From: Lophium mytilinum | Taxonomy: Eukaryota | Reading direction: 5' to 3' | DNA: 64,000 nucleotides | NCBI GenBank assembly: GCA_010093605.1 | Contig: MU004187.1 | Coordinates: forward strand, 186,001 to 250,000 | Shown here: piece after piece, positions 25,063-37,100 of the stretch | Position numbering within the stretch: the first letter of the stretch is position 1 | Layout of the letters: each line of letters begins with the position of its first letter | Translations under genes and position numbers: made by a program | The notes under the pieces: generated by a model | What the model was told of the DNA's origin: nothing | The model's input: the letters and a program-made list of their open reading frames with translations, nothing else | Databases searched by the model: none

Positions 25063-27549
25063 CTATATGATCGTGAGCGTAGAATCTTCAACGCCCCCAA
25101 AGAAACCAAGAACGTCAGTCGAACATCCAATTCGCTCAAAAGATTCTGACTCTTCACGCGGTCGCCACAGCAAAAGGGCAAAGAGTCCGACGAATCTTAC
25201 GTCCGCAACCCTGAACAAGAACAGAGGACGCGTGCGCTTGTCCAATCCATCCACAACCCACTCAACATCCATCGAAAGAGTGGCGAGAGATGACGTCTCT
25301 GTCTTTACATGGTTGCCTTGGGGGCCTGCACTCCATACCTGCACCAACCCGCCGCTCACTACTAAGCTGGCAGATTCCAGCTGGCCAAACTCGTCGCCCA
25401 ATCTGTGCGGTGTCACTATGCAGCGAATAATCTGGCAGAGCATCTTCGTATGCTCGAATTCGTAATAAGTTACTTGCCCATCGATGCTCGCCCAAGACCA
25501 AGTCGGTGCCCGCCACAGCGGCAGTTGCTGTCGTTGAGTTTCAGACGCGTGACGTTGCCACAGCATGTCCTCAACCAGCGAATGTTCCCACAGGCCCGCG
25601 TAGTACTTTCCAAGGTACTCGAATTGTTTTGCCAGCCCTGTGAGCGCGATAAGACGGTCGCTTGAAAATGTGAAATCCAGACCAGAATACTCTTCCACGA
25701 TCTTGTGCCACCGGGTAATGAGTAAGTCTCGGGCAAAGCGCGTGTCAATGGAAGCCCTGAGGCCTGACATGGACTCTGCTTTTGACATATCAACTCGCGC
25801 AAAGCGCGTGTCAATGGAAGCCTTGAGGCCTGACATGGACTCTGCTTTTGACATATCAGCTCGCGCTACGCGTTGTGCGAACGCGTGATTTTTTTTAGGA
25901 TGTGGTACTCGGGAAATATTGGGTTCAAAGCCGCACTCACAGCGCAACATTGTCGCGCATTCCCATATGAGTTCGTCTGGCCCGAAATGCAAAATTCGTG
26001 GAGATAGGAGCCGCTCTTGGTATACCCAGCCTCGTCTTAATAGCGGCGAGTGCGGCACTGGATTTTCTACTAAGCTGGAGGGGACTAGAGGAACTAGGAG
26101 GTTGTGCAAAGGCCGTAACTGGGGTCTAAGGCGCACCTCCCACTTGTCAACACCGGCATTGCGTGGCCGAAGCGTGAGACTTTGGGCGACGGGAGTGGGT
26201 TTCCAAAACAGCCCATCGGCGTCACTTCTGAGCACTGGGTATGTATTCTGGCCTTCTGCGCCGGATGCGAACAGCGTGAGCGTAGATCTAGCGAATATAG
26301 ACCACATTTCAACAGACTCCTTTTGCCAGTCTTCCTCATCATCCTGGACAATGCAGATGGAGTCTATCCAGATATAGCGAATCCCCAGTCTGCGGGTGAA
26401 GACTATGGCATCTTGAAATCTTTGGGTAAGATCGGACCAGGGGATATTCTGCAGGTACTCCTGGAGTGTTGACTGAGTTGTTCGCGTCATCTCCGAGACT
26501 GGAAGCCATCGGTGGCTTAAGCAGACATAAGGTGCAGCTTCGCCACTGGTCACAAGTAAGCGGACTTTTGGCAGTTGGTCCTTTGGGTTATCGAGACTAA
26601 TGTCGGCGCTGGCTACACCAACGTCAAGTACGCGAGTGGGCAATGGGGATCCATGTGACTCATGGGTTCCAGAGCAATCGGGGTGATATTCTTGGCACTC
26701 GCGCAAACGTGCTTGGGCCCAGAGTAGTGATTCTGTGGAGGAAGTATCTCCCGAAACCATTGTGGTTGGATGATGCATACTAGGCCATGGCATCGGCATT
26801 GCTATAAAAGTCTTTAGCAAGTCAGGCAGACATATAGGGGATATATGAGGTAGAATGGTGTTACAGACATGAAAGCAACGCAAAGCGTTTCGCTGATTTA
26901 CGGAACTGACTCGATAATGGAATCGCAATTTCAATAGCTTACCTCCTACACTGTCCAAATGCCATTGTGATGAGGCATACATACCATCCCCTAGATGACC
27001 TGTAAATTCCAAACGTACACCCCTGTGCTGACCTTTAGTGATCCGTACTTCCGTAACCTCTAAGACTATCCCGGATGCGGCTATTTCATCTACCGGTTTT
27101 CCTGGCGAATCGTCTCTATAGAACCCTCTCAAAACCTCTATCTGGACTACATTCCTCATGGCGAGGATGCCGTCGACGAACAGACAACATGCTTGGCAAG
27201 ACCCGCGGTCCGACGAGAGTGTGAGGTCGTGGAAAGAAACTTCTTTGAATCGGTCGTATGGACCCTCATATAAGAGGATATCTTGGCATATTTCACATGA
27301 CAGCTTCGAATTTGCCTGATCTAATACAGAAGGCTTGCTGCCATCTTCCAAAAGACTGCTGTTACGGGCAGACGTTGATCGGTTTTTGGGTCGCCTCAGC
27401 CATTCCTTTATCTTTTTGAAGCCGCGAGGGGCTACTTGCTTGGCCTCCTCATGGTCAGCTGCTCGTCGCAAGGGAGTCTCTATGATAGATTCAGGATCAG
27501 AGATATCCTCAGTAGAGAATGTCCCAATGCTTGTCCAGTAACGCGGCAT
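25063..27549 (-). CDS. HET-domain (heterokaryon incompatibility-like) protein
   Basis: LPTRVLDV, YVCLSHRW, FQDAI, LGIRYIWIDSICIVQDD..DW, RGWVYQERLLSPR, YYAGLW and APTWSWAS motifs. Start uncertain (27549 or 27759). Probable intron 26802-26942. Confidence 0.92.
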   Translation of the reverse strand: MPRYWTSIGTFSTEDISDPESIIETPLRRAADHEEAKQVAPRGFKKIKEWLRRPKNRSTSARNSSLLEDGSKPSVLDQANSKLSCEICQDILLYEGPYDRFKEVSFHDLTLSSDRGSCQACCLFVDGILAMRNVVQIEVLRGFYRDDSPGKPVDEIAASGIVLEVTEVRITKGQHRGVRLEFTGHLGDGMYASSQWHLDSVGGKLLKLRFHYRVSSVNQRNALRCFHVCNTILPHISPICLPDLLKTFIAMPMPWPSMHHPTTMVSGDTSSTESLLWAQARLRECQEYHPDCSGTHESHGSPLPTRVLDVGVASADISLDNPKDQLPKVRLLVTSGEAAPYVCLSHRWLPVSEMTRTTQSTLQEYLQNIPWSDLTQRFQDAIVFTRRLGIRYIWIDSICIVQDDEEDWQKESVEMWSIFARSTLTLFASGAEGQNTYPVLRSDADGLFWKPTPVAQSLTLRPRNAGVDKWEVRLRPQLRPLHNLLVPLVPSSLVENPVPHSPLLRRGWVYQERLLSPRILHFGPDELIWECATMLRCECGFEPNISRVPHPKKNHAFAQRVARADMSKAESMSGLKASIDTRFARVDMSKAESMSGLRASIDTRFARDLLITRWHKIVEEYSGLDFTFSSDRLIALTGLAKQFEYLGKYYAGLWEHSLVEDMLWQRHASETQRQQLPLWRAPTWSWASIDGQVTYYEFEHTKMLCQIIRCIVTPHRLGDEFGQLESASLVVSGGLVQVWSAGPQGNHVKTETSSLATLSMDVEWVVDGLDKRTRPLFLFRVADVRFVGLFALLLWRPREESESFERIGCSTDVLGFFGGVEDSTLTII
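25733..25866. repeat. 66-bp tandem duplication inside the HET gene
   Basis: Two copies (starting 25733 and 25799) differing at 2 transitions. Confidence 0.95.
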
Positions 27550-27853
27550 CGTAACATTCAGGAACGTGATAAGGTTGTGAAAGGTCGATTTGCGATTCAA
27601 ATTACAAGTCCATCTTAATAACTCTAATGAGAAATGGGATGGAAGTTTAATGCGGGGAATATAAGCGCCTACATACCCAGGGGCGGACAGTGAACTGAGC
27701 TTTGACCACGTGACCCCGTTGTTGGGGCGTTTGTTATGATGCACTTTTCGTAGCGACATCCCAGCACCTTTTCCCTTACCACCATATCAACCCACCGAAC
27801 TCTCCACACGCCGTACCACCACTATCGCGCGCCCCTCACTGCAATTGATCCTC

Positions 27854-29989
27854 ATGGATCCACCACAATTCAAATTCCCGCCCGCATCCCCGGGCACACC
27901 TCTATTCGCCGTCTCGCCCGAACGCGTCAACCGCACACGTTCACCATATACAAGCAGCAGCAGTGGCGGTCGACACCTCCCGCAATCACCGTCCCTCCCG
28001 GACCTCGGCAGCGGCAGTGGGTCGCCGTTCAGCAAGCGTTCACATGAGCGGACCGACTCGGATGCCCATGTCCAGGGCATGGTTGCGCGGTTCAACCACC
28101 TAGAGTTGAAGGATCACAACGAGCAGCATCGGCGCGACGAGATTGCCTACAAACGTGCAGAAATGGCGCGGGAGATGGCCGAGCTTGATCTGCAAAAGAT
28201 GACCGAAGAGAAGGACGCTTCCGAGAAGGATGGAAAGCGGTGGAGAGAAGAAGTTCGGAAGTTGAGGAAGGAACTTGAAGATGGGAGAGATAGGGAGAGG
28301 AAGGCTATTAAGAGGGTTGAGGTACTGGCTGTATGTCACTTCCATTCATATTTTACCGGGCCTTTGGTCTCGTCAGGAGGGATCATACTAATTGGACTAC
28401 AGAATGAGCTTGATCGATCCAAGGAGGTGACAACACATTCAGCTGGTGCCTACGAGAAGGAGTTACGCCGTGCCAGAAAAGAAGCATTCAAGGCTTCTAC
28501 GACCCTGGTCAAGACGCAGGAAGAGCTTAAGGCGACGCGTAACTCGCTGCGAATAGTCCAATCTGGACTCGAGTCCGAGAAGATGAAGTCATCCACGCGT
28601 GAGCAGGAAGCTTTCACGGCACAATACCAGCTGGTGGGCATCCAAGAAGCTCTTGAGAAGGCGCGCGATCAGATCAAGATAGTTGAGGAGGAGCGTGATT
28701 CCCTTAAGACGAATCTAAAAGAAGAGGAAGTCGCGCGCATTGCCGCCGAGGGCAGAATTGCTTTGCCAGTATCTACTACGGATGAAGACGATGAATTCGC
28801 CTCGCCAGTCAAGTCACCACGGAAGCCGAGAGTCGTTCATGCGACATCTGATAGCGAGAACAAGGAGAATGTCGTTCCCAAGCGAGCAATTGAGCTTAAG
28901 TCGATCCAAGAGGAGCTCTCGCTAGAGAGGCGCCTCCGGGAGCGGGCAGAGGATCAGATCGTATTCATGAAGATGGAATGCCAATTCCAATGCTGCTCAT
29001 GTAGGCTGGCAGAGATCCATGGCTCAAATTACGTTCACGACAGTACATACAACTCAGAGATGGAGAGGATCAAGGCCACCGTCCCTATCTTCACCCCTCC
29101 TCCAAGCAACCACGATGCCGAGGAGATGGAGGGTATTGTAACGGAACTAGTTCATGTCGCTGAGGAGCTAGTACAACTTGTGCAAGAGCCGACTCACGCC
29201 GAGCAACAGCGTGTAGCTACTCCACTTGAGCAGGAACTTAAGCAGGAACTCAAGCAGGAAGTCGAGCAGGAAGCGGTAGAGGAGAAAGAGGAGTCGGAAC
29301 CACAACTTGCATTCTCCCCAACCACGGGTACATTCAAACCAATTAGCAACGAGCAGAAGGAAGAAGAAACACCACAAGAGGCCTCAACACCAGCGCCTGC
29401 CAAGCGATTCCAACTCTCCAACATCGATGAAACAGCACTGGAGTCTTCCCCGTGGGGACCCGGACCAGATCACTCCATGATCCGCACCTCAACAACTTCT
29501 CCACCTCCTTTCAGGCCTGCTCAACCCATCTCCACTCAACTTCAAATTCCCGAAGAAGTCATCGAAGACGACGAGGACGACCTCCCTAGCGACCCTACGC
29601 CTTCTTCTCCTCCGCAATCAGAGCCTCAAACTCCCCTCCACGGACCATCTGCTCCACTCACCCCCGCCTACCTCCTCCGCACTATCACAACCACCACAAC
29701 CATCCCACTCCACTTCTCTCCTGCGACGCCACGCCATCACGATCTCCCGCCCACACCGTCGACGATCTCGCATCTGCCGACTAACGCGACATCGAGCCAG
29801 CCGCTGCAGCCGTTGGAGTTGAATCGGCTGCCAATCGATCGCGAAGCCGCGCTCGAGCAGATCAGACTCCGTCGAGGCAGGGCGAGGAGCCTAGCCATGG
29901 GGCAGGCGACGCCGAAGAAGCAGATGCTAGAGGGAACCGGTGTGAGGCGAGATATCAGTGCGCCGGTAGGCAGAGCTGGAAGGCGATAA
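27854..29989 (+). CDS. Conserved-looking fungal coiled-coil protein with FMKMECQFQCCSCR motif
   Basis: Long ORF with E/K/R heptads and a Pro-rich tail. Probable intron 28331-28402. Confidence 0.8.
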   Translation: MDPPQFKFPPASPGTPLFAVSPERVNRTRSPYTSSSSGGRHLPQSPSLPDLGSGSGSPFSKRSHERTDSDAHVQGMVARFNHLELKDHNEQHRRDEIAYKRAEMAREMAELDLQKMTEEKDASEKDGKRWREEVRKLRKELEDGRDRERKAIKRVEVLAVCHFHSYFTGPLVSSGGIILIGLQNELDRSKEVTTHSAGAYEKELRRARKEAFKASTTLVKTQEELKATRNSLRIVQSGLESEKMKSSTREQEAFTAQYQLVGIQEALEKARDQIKIVEEERDSLKTNLKEEEVARIAAEGRIALPVSTTDEDDEFASPVKSPRKPRVVHATSDSENKENVVPKRAIELKSIQEELSLERRLRERAEDQIVFMKMECQFQCCSCRLAEIHGSNYVHDSTYNSEMERIKATVPIFTPPPSNHDAEEMEGIVTELVHVAEELVQLVQEPTHAEQQRVATPLEQELKQELKQEVEQEAVEEKEESEPQLAFSPTTGTFKPISNEQKEEETPQEASTPAPAKRFQLSNIDETALESSPWGPGPDHSMIRTSTTSPPPFRPAQPISTQLQIPEEVIEDDEDDLPSDPTPSSPPQSEPQTPLHGPSAPLTPAYLLRTITTTTTIPLHFSPATPRHHDLPPTPSTISHLPTNATSSQPLQPLELNRLPIDREAALEQIRLRRGRARSLAMGQATPKKQMLEGTGVRRDISAPVGRAGRR

Positions 29990-30671
29990 TACTTTCCAAT
30001 TGTGCTTCACTAACGTGCGCGAAGAAGATACCCAAGTTCCAAAAGTCCGCTACCTGGTCGCATAGGCGATACGAGTATCAACAGCGGTAATTGGGATGGG
30101 TATTTTGGCCCGGTCCGTGGTGTAGTGTCGGTCCCTTTCATATCTCGGCTAGCGTTTCCAGTCCGTTGGGTTGTCGTTCGCAGGGGTTCAGAATGGGATG
30201 GTTTAGCGGCATTGCTGGGAGTTAGGGGGTGTTTCCTTTCCCTGCAGATGCTCGCAGCTTTCTTTGCTGGGAAAGGGAGATATCTCTATGTGGTTAGATT
30301 GATAGTATGGTGATTGTGCTTCAGTATAATTTAAATCCTGTGTTAAAATCTCTCCTGAGTTGTAGTATAGCCGTGCGAGACCTTTGGTATTTGATGCCTT
30401 CGAGAGCTTTTCGCCACTATCAGCCTGCCACACATATACGCCGTACCAAATTCGTCAGCAGTTGGAGTTTCAAACAACATCCCATTCTTTGCTACCATGC
30501 AACCATGAAAATGTGTATTTGATTCGCTTCGTCAGCCCGGGTACATGCAAAGCCTACCATCAGAGTGGTCCCCCAGTCCAAATCCTGACCTTGAGACGGG
30601 CCTCTACCCAGCTTTTCATCTCCAGCCTTGACACCGCCACACCTAGCCACCAGCACAGAATTATCAATCCT

Positions 30672-31577
30672 TTACCGATTGCTCTTGGCCACACGCTCCA
30701 GCTCGTCCTTCTTCTTGATGGCGTACGAGTTGCTGCTGCCCTTGGCGGCGTTGATGAGCTCTTCAGCGAGGCACTCGGCGATGCTCTTGACGTTGCGGAA
30801 GGCGGCTTCGCGGGCGCCGATGGTGAGGAGGGCGATGGCCTGGTTGACGCGGCGCAGGGGGGAGACATCGACGGCCTGGCGACGAACGGTACCGGCAGAA
30901 CCAATACGGGTGGAGTCTTCGCGGGGGCCGCAGTTGACGATGGCGTCGACGGCGACTTGGATCGGGTTCTGGTCGGTCATGATGTGGATCTGGGAAGAGT
31001 GTGGGGTTAGCTTCGTTGTTGCTTCCATGTATATTTCGAACATCTCTAGTATTGAATTTGTGCCTTCTGATCCCCCATCTCTCTAACTGGGTGCGGTGTG
31101 GCGTTTGTGATGCGTGGAGGGTACGTACGATCTCGAAGGAGTGGGCAACGATGCGGACAGCCATGAGCTTCTTTCCGTTGTTGCGGCCGTTCATCATGAG
31201 CGAGTTGGTCAGGCGCTCAATGATGGGGCACTGGGCCTTCCTGAACCTCTTGACAGCATAGCGGCCAGCGGAATGTGAGATGTAGACGGGCGACCGGATT
31301 TGGATGTAATCGCTGTAGGAAATCGCATGCTCATTAGCCTTGATATCTCTCGAAAGCCACTGAATCTCCCCCAATGCGACAATGCATCGTTCTTCCACCC
31401 CAATGGAATTCCAAAGTGCAGAAACGGGGGCGCCTACGTCAACGAGATATCCCGGATCTCGACATCCTCATAGCTCCATTTGTTGAACAGCTTGATACTG
31501 CCAATTTCCTCGGTGACCTCTTTCGGCAGGACGAGGTAGCCGGATGGGCTCTCGACTTCGACTTCGCCGTCCGACAT
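30672..31577 (-). CDS. RPS5: 40S ribosomal protein S5 (uS7), 3 exons
   Basis: [27 protein letters not shown] and [12 protein letters not shown]...[10 protein letters not shown]. Introns at ~31314-31437 and ~30992-31127. Confidence 0.97.
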
Positions 31578-32025
31578 GATTGCGACTCCGGATGAAGGTG
31601 GTTCGTTCGTTCGGAGAAGACTGGCGTGAGGGGTGGGAGAGAGTGTCGTTGGGCGTGGTGTTTTCACTAATGTCGTCGTTGGCGAAATGCTTCTCTGTGG
31701 GTGCACGGGCCCGTCGCTTAGATTAGACTTGGCATGAACATCCCTGTCAAACTCAACACCACGAAATTATCGCCAGATAGGATCAAGACTGGACTGTAGG
31801 ATAGAAGATCATAATAGCAATATGTTACCCAATTGAACATGCTCCTAACACGTAGATCGCTTTACAAATGGCTAACATCACGGCATATCAGGTTGCACTG
31901 TAGGAGTAGACGGCTGCGTCTATTCTATTAATATATACGAGTACAGGCAGGGTGTTAAGTAGCCGATTAGGATAGTTAAACGCACATCCAAGTATCAAGT
32001 GGTTTGCGAGCCACGAAGTACTCTT

Positions 32026-33060
32026 TCAAGTATTCGCCCTCGCTTTGACGACTTTCTCCAAACACGTGCCGATAGCCTCCATTGACACCCGCCCATCTTT
32101 AGTTTTCAGTCCCACCTCCGCAGCTCCCGCATACGCTTCCTTCATCATGCTTTCATCGATCTTGACAAGCCAGCCTTGACCCGTGATGATGGTGCATTGC
32201 CCGCCCTTTACCTCTCTCGATCCCTCCACAGCACCAGCAACCCTAAGCAGCCTTTCAACCCACTCCCTCTCCCTCTGAGCAGCCCTTGCTGCCTCATTCA
32301 GATCGACGACTCCATTCTCCTTCAGTCGCTTCTTGACAGCGTGTAAGCACCTATCCCTTGTCATCCTCTCTGCCTCTGCCTCCAGCCTCTCCAGCTCCTT
32401 CTTCCTGTCACGTTCTTCTTTTTCCTTCATTCTGATCTCTTCCTCTACAGCTGCCCGTCTTCTCTTCTCCTCGAACAACGCTTCCTCCCTCTCCTCCGCC
32501 CCCTCCGCCTCTTCTGCTTTTTGCGCCTCCGATCTCTGCCGCACGAATTCATGATATGCCCGCCGCTGATCTTTCCGCGCTAGACTCTTCGCTTTCTTTG
32601 CGCCAACTACGCGGCTCTGAGTCTGTCTTTGCGTATGGTTCTGATTCTGATTCGCGGGACCAACGCCCGCATCGTCGTCCTGAAAAGCAAGGTTGGGCGC
32701 ACCATTTATCCCCGGCGGCGGCGGCGTCGGCGCGAGCGGAGGGGGCTCAAATTCTAGGTCATCATCCGAAGAACCATCCTCGACAATAGCTTGTGGCCGA
32801 AGATGTGGGATGATGTCTGCGGCGTCTTCGGGTGCGTCGTCTTCTTCTGTTTCAGTGGGTTGGTGGGGTGGTTCTCCAGCTGTGGGAGGGGCTAGCCGCT
32901 TGGCACGGCGCTCGAGTATTGCAGGCGCAAAATACAGAGCGCTGCAGAGGGCGATGGTGTGTATTATGTCTTGGATGAGGGGCGTGGAGGGGTCAGTGAA
33001 CGGAAGAAGGAGGTCGAGGGCATGGCGTAGGGTGTGGATTATGGATGAGAGGGCCTCCAT
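32026..33060 (-). CDS. Membrane-anchored coiled-coil protein, DDRGK-like architecture
   Basis: N-terminal hydrophobic segment, acidic linker, VGAKKAKSLARKDQRRAYHEF, E/K/R coiled coil and a short C-terminal domain. Confidence 0.65.
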   Translation of the reverse strand: MEALSSIIHTLRHALDLLLPFTDPSTPLIQDIIHTIALCSALYFAPAILERRAKRLAPPTAGEPPHQPTETEEDDAPEDAADIIPHLRPQAIVEDGSSDDDLEFEPPPLAPTPPPPGINGAPNLAFQDDDAGVGPANQNQNHTQRQTQSRVVGAKKAKSLARKDQRRAYHEFVRQRSEAQKAEEAEGAEEREEALFEEKRRRAAVEEEIRMKEKEERDRKKELERLEAEAERMTRDRCLHAVKKRLKENGVVDLNEAARAAQREREWVERLLRVAGAVEGSREVKGGQCTIITGQGWLVKIDESMMKEAYAGAAEVGLKTKDGRVSMEAIGTCLEKVVKARANT

Positions 33061-34123
33061 GTTGACTGTCTGCTGTGGTAATGTTCCCCAGGCAGTGAGA
33101 TGGTGGAAACTGGTGTGGCGAGTAAGTTCGTAGGTGATGAATAAAGATAGAAAGAATTCAAGGTTGTTCCTGAGTGCCAAGAATTTCGGGGTTTGCACGC
33201 GCAGCCGATCTCTCTCCGCTCCACTCAACACCAACTTCATCATCGTGACACTCAAACAATATCATTCCGCACACTAGGCCAATGCTATCTTTCTCGTTGT
33301 TTGAGATCAGCTATGGACTGTACTATGCGTTCGTTATGATACTATTGACTCAACTGTATAACCTTAAGATGTCAGATTAGACTTCAATACCTCGCGGCAA
33401 TACCGAGTGCATCGTCATCTGGCAATCGTTTCATTGTGTGGCGTAAGTGAATAGCTGGAAACTCTCAAGACATCACACAAGACATTGTTGACTATAACAA
33501 CTGTTGTATATTACGTGTACACTATGCTCGATGGTGGAATGACCGGATAGCTGAAAAGCCCACTACAGCGCCTTGTCACGATGTCTAAGACTACATGAGT
33601 GAGGATGGAGTGCTAGTTGCTAACAGGCCATGTCTCCGCAAAAGCGGTTAGGTAGGGTTCGAATGTACAAGGTATAGAAGCATTCCACGTATCCCTTGGT
33701 GTGTTTGCCGATTTTGTCCTGCATTCCGTTCTACTTTTTTCGACAACCATCACATACCGCTGAAGTCAACAACAAAACACACGATGGCCCCGTCAACTTT
33801 GCAACTTTGTGGAACCGTTCCTTTTTTCTCCTTCGTCTTTTGCGCCTCTTGCAACGGCGCATCTTGTTGCCAGCGCATCGTTTGCTGTCCTTTCATCTTC
33901 CTTCTTTTGCCAACCCATCCCAACGGCGCCTTAACTGGGAATTACGCGCAAGTAGCAATTGACTTGACCACGAAAGCATCTCAGCCAATACACAATACCA
34001 GGCAAGACGCGCATTACCTAGCGGCACAGATCGTAAATTGCGTTCCGAGAACTACGCGCTTAAGTAGAGCTCCGAATTCGAGCAAAGCGCACAGCTTTCA
34101 AGTACATACTTGGCAAACGCGAC

Positions 34124-37100
34124 ATGGCTCCCTTGGATATACGTGACCCGTTCGGGGGCCACCGGGAGCTAGGTACGGGCGCACTGATCGGAATTCTCAC
34201 GGGCGTTGGGCTTGCCATACTAGGTCTTCTGGTTGGCCTTACATGGCTCCTTGTCAGAGCTGTCAAAACTCACAAACGGCTGCTTGCAGACCTTGAACAG
34301 AGAGGAGTCAATATAGCTCGTCCACGTATGGCCGAGAGCAGCCATACGCTTATTACGAGGCCTCGCGCAGTTTTGAGACGCAACTCTTTCCTTCCGTTCA
34401 ACTCGCAATCCGGATGGGGTGCACTTCCATCACACGAGACGATCCCAAATCCTGTGCCTCCACCACCTCTTCCACCACAATCAGTGACAACGCTGAGGTC
34501 CACGAATCATGACAAACGGGTCAGTCGTCTATCGTGGCCCTTTCCAGGGCGCAGAAAGTCCGGTCGCGCTTTGCAGCTCAAACGAATTCGAGTGGCGCCC
34601 CTATCAGCAATCGTCGAAAGTCCAAAGGCATCTCCTCTGGTACCAATCTTGAATGGACCTATACAAGGACGTTCGTCAGCGTCCGTAGGAACTAAAAGCC
34701 GGCCAAGCTCCGACCAGTCACTTCTCAAACACCATCCAGCTCTACGTAGCAACTGGGAAGGAAACTACGCAGGAGCGAGCTATCATAAAGACGATTCGAA
34801 TAGTCAGGCGACAGATCCACAGGCCATCACTCTAGCAAAGCGCTACGGACCGAACAGGTCTAAGTCGGTCGCGGCAATTCCTGTGAACGACTCATCGAAT
34901 CCGCCGACCAGCTTCGACCGTCCCAGACTACACCAGAGGTCCATGAGCCTCGGCAGTCAAGCGTCTGGGCTTGCGCCAGATGCTCCAATGCCACCATTGC
35001 CACTAGAAGTCGCGCGAATCAGATCGGAGGCAAAGCGCAAAAGTCTGCTTGCGCGCAGCCCCTCTCGCTTTTCTGTCTCTAGCTTTGAATCCGCTGGAAG
35101 CTCGATCCTCGCTACCCAATCCAGTCCAATCGTCAAACAAAACAATCTCCATCTGCAAAAAGTGACAAAAAGGCACTCGGTCTGTCTTGGACCACGGCCT
35201 CCCCGAGACACGCTTACGCTTCATGGACGTAGCCCACGTTTCTCTCAAAGCTCTATCAAGAGCAACGTGGCGCATTACAGTGTTACAACAACGCCGTCCA
35301 GTAAGCGACACTCTACTGCGTCTAATAAGCGACACTCTGTGGTTGAGGGTATGACATCGAGAGAGAACAGCGGCAATCTTCGGACTATCGCAAACTCCAG
35401 ATCATCAGACTCAGCACGATGGAAACGAGCTTCACTCGCATCGCCGGCAAGTAGCACTCTTACCGTGCGAAGTATGACAACTCCAAGACGGCATTCTGGA
35501 ATCACGGTCACGGCTTTTGGATCACCTCAGGAGCGAAGAAAGACTTCAGCTCTTCGCGATGTCTCAGGGAATCAGGGCCCGCCAACGCGGCAGCTATCTC
35601 AAGCTTCAACTCAGGCCTCATCAACACGCAGCAGCAACGGCAACCCCTTTCAATGGGACCCTGCGCCTCTCCTATCTGGAAAACCTTCTGCACTGAAAGG
35701 CAGTCCTAGTGCGCGAAAGGGCCATCGAAGGCAGAATTGCGTACGCATATCACTCGCACCTACAATACTCGGACCTCCATGCAGGTCGCCTAGCCCTTGT
35801 CCTTTGATTATGAATGACATTCAGGAGGAATCTCCCGACACTTCTCAAAAGGCAGCCCCACATTCCGTCGGCATTGGCTTCTCAAATACAAGATCTCTTC
35901 CGCGACCACCAAGCGCGTCGGTCTTTGCCCCAGATCTAAAACTGAATCCTTCATTCCGAACATCACTCACTCCAAGCTCACCAACTCTATCGCTGACGAC
36001 TTACCGTATGCAAATTGCAGAGTCTCCACATCTTGATCAGTATAAGAACCACTGGAACAGTACTCGCGACTCGAGCCGATTGAGTACGGGCTCAATATCA
36101 AGCATCCCGGCATTCCCCAGTCCGTGTCATGACATCGGATCCATTCGTAGTATAGCAGAGCCCCCACCTACGTTCGCGTTCTCGAGACCATCCAATGAGT
36201 ACGTGCAGGAAATCAGGATGCCAGACTCTCCAGTCGCTCCATCATCAGCATTTGACTCGGCCATTCCAGATTCGACATCCTTGCAAAGAATGCCGGAGCA
36301 AGTCGAGAAATACAATCCTGATGCACCACATCTTGGGTTCTCAAAAGCAGCTATCAGCTCACCAACACAGTTCTATTCGCTTTTCACGCCCGCTTCTGAT
36401 GATCACTTTTCGAGTTTGTGTAGTGGTAAAAAACGTGGCAGAACTCCATCAGACTCTCCTCCATGTTCGCCAAAGACTGTGCGACCCCATGCATTCCTAC
36501 CGATATCCGCCACTCGGCCTCCAGTTGTATTGGATTCGGCAGAACAGCCTTCTCTGGGAGATGGATTATTACTCGATACCATTGACCCAGCACTTCTGAG
36601 CAGAGATATCTTCACCAGCCCCGCCAGTGGGATAAGTAGAAGTTTGTTAAACTCCCCAAATTGTAATACCACACATAGTGCTCGCGGGTGGGACCAATCA
36701 CCCGTATCTACCATCCTCGATCCACTTCTTGAAAACGCATTTCTTTCCCAGCCCCGTACATGGTCTACACCCCCTAAGCTAGCACCCTTGACTTACGTAC
36801 GATCACATGCGCGCTCGCAATCCGCACTCCAACCCCCAGCGTTTCGTCCACAATCCCCGCTCAACTTCAATCTCAATCTAAGTCTTGACCATCCTGCAGC
36901 TTCTAGCAACGAAGCCCCCGAATCACCGACATCAGCGTATTCCTCTCCATCTGCCACAGCTCCATCGTCTCCGCGTCCTGCGCACGCCTCACTCCCTGGG
37001 GCTCTACCTTCGAAACCTACTCGACTCTCTCAAACCACCATCCCAACACTCTCGCCTACTCCCATGGGCCCCCGCGCCAGTCCACCAAAAAACCTCCGTC

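Noticed and set aside
11060..27760. Starship-type giant transposon carrying the accessory genes
   Set aside because: No tyrosine-recombinase captain gene and no terminal direct repeats were recognisable.
30384..31086. Long antisense ORFs over RPS5 (and over KRR1, SED5 and HAD)
   Set aside because: Shadow frames caused by GC-rich codon bias.
30992..31437. Intronic snoRNAs in RPS5
   Set aside because: No C/D or H/ACA box arrangement found by eye.
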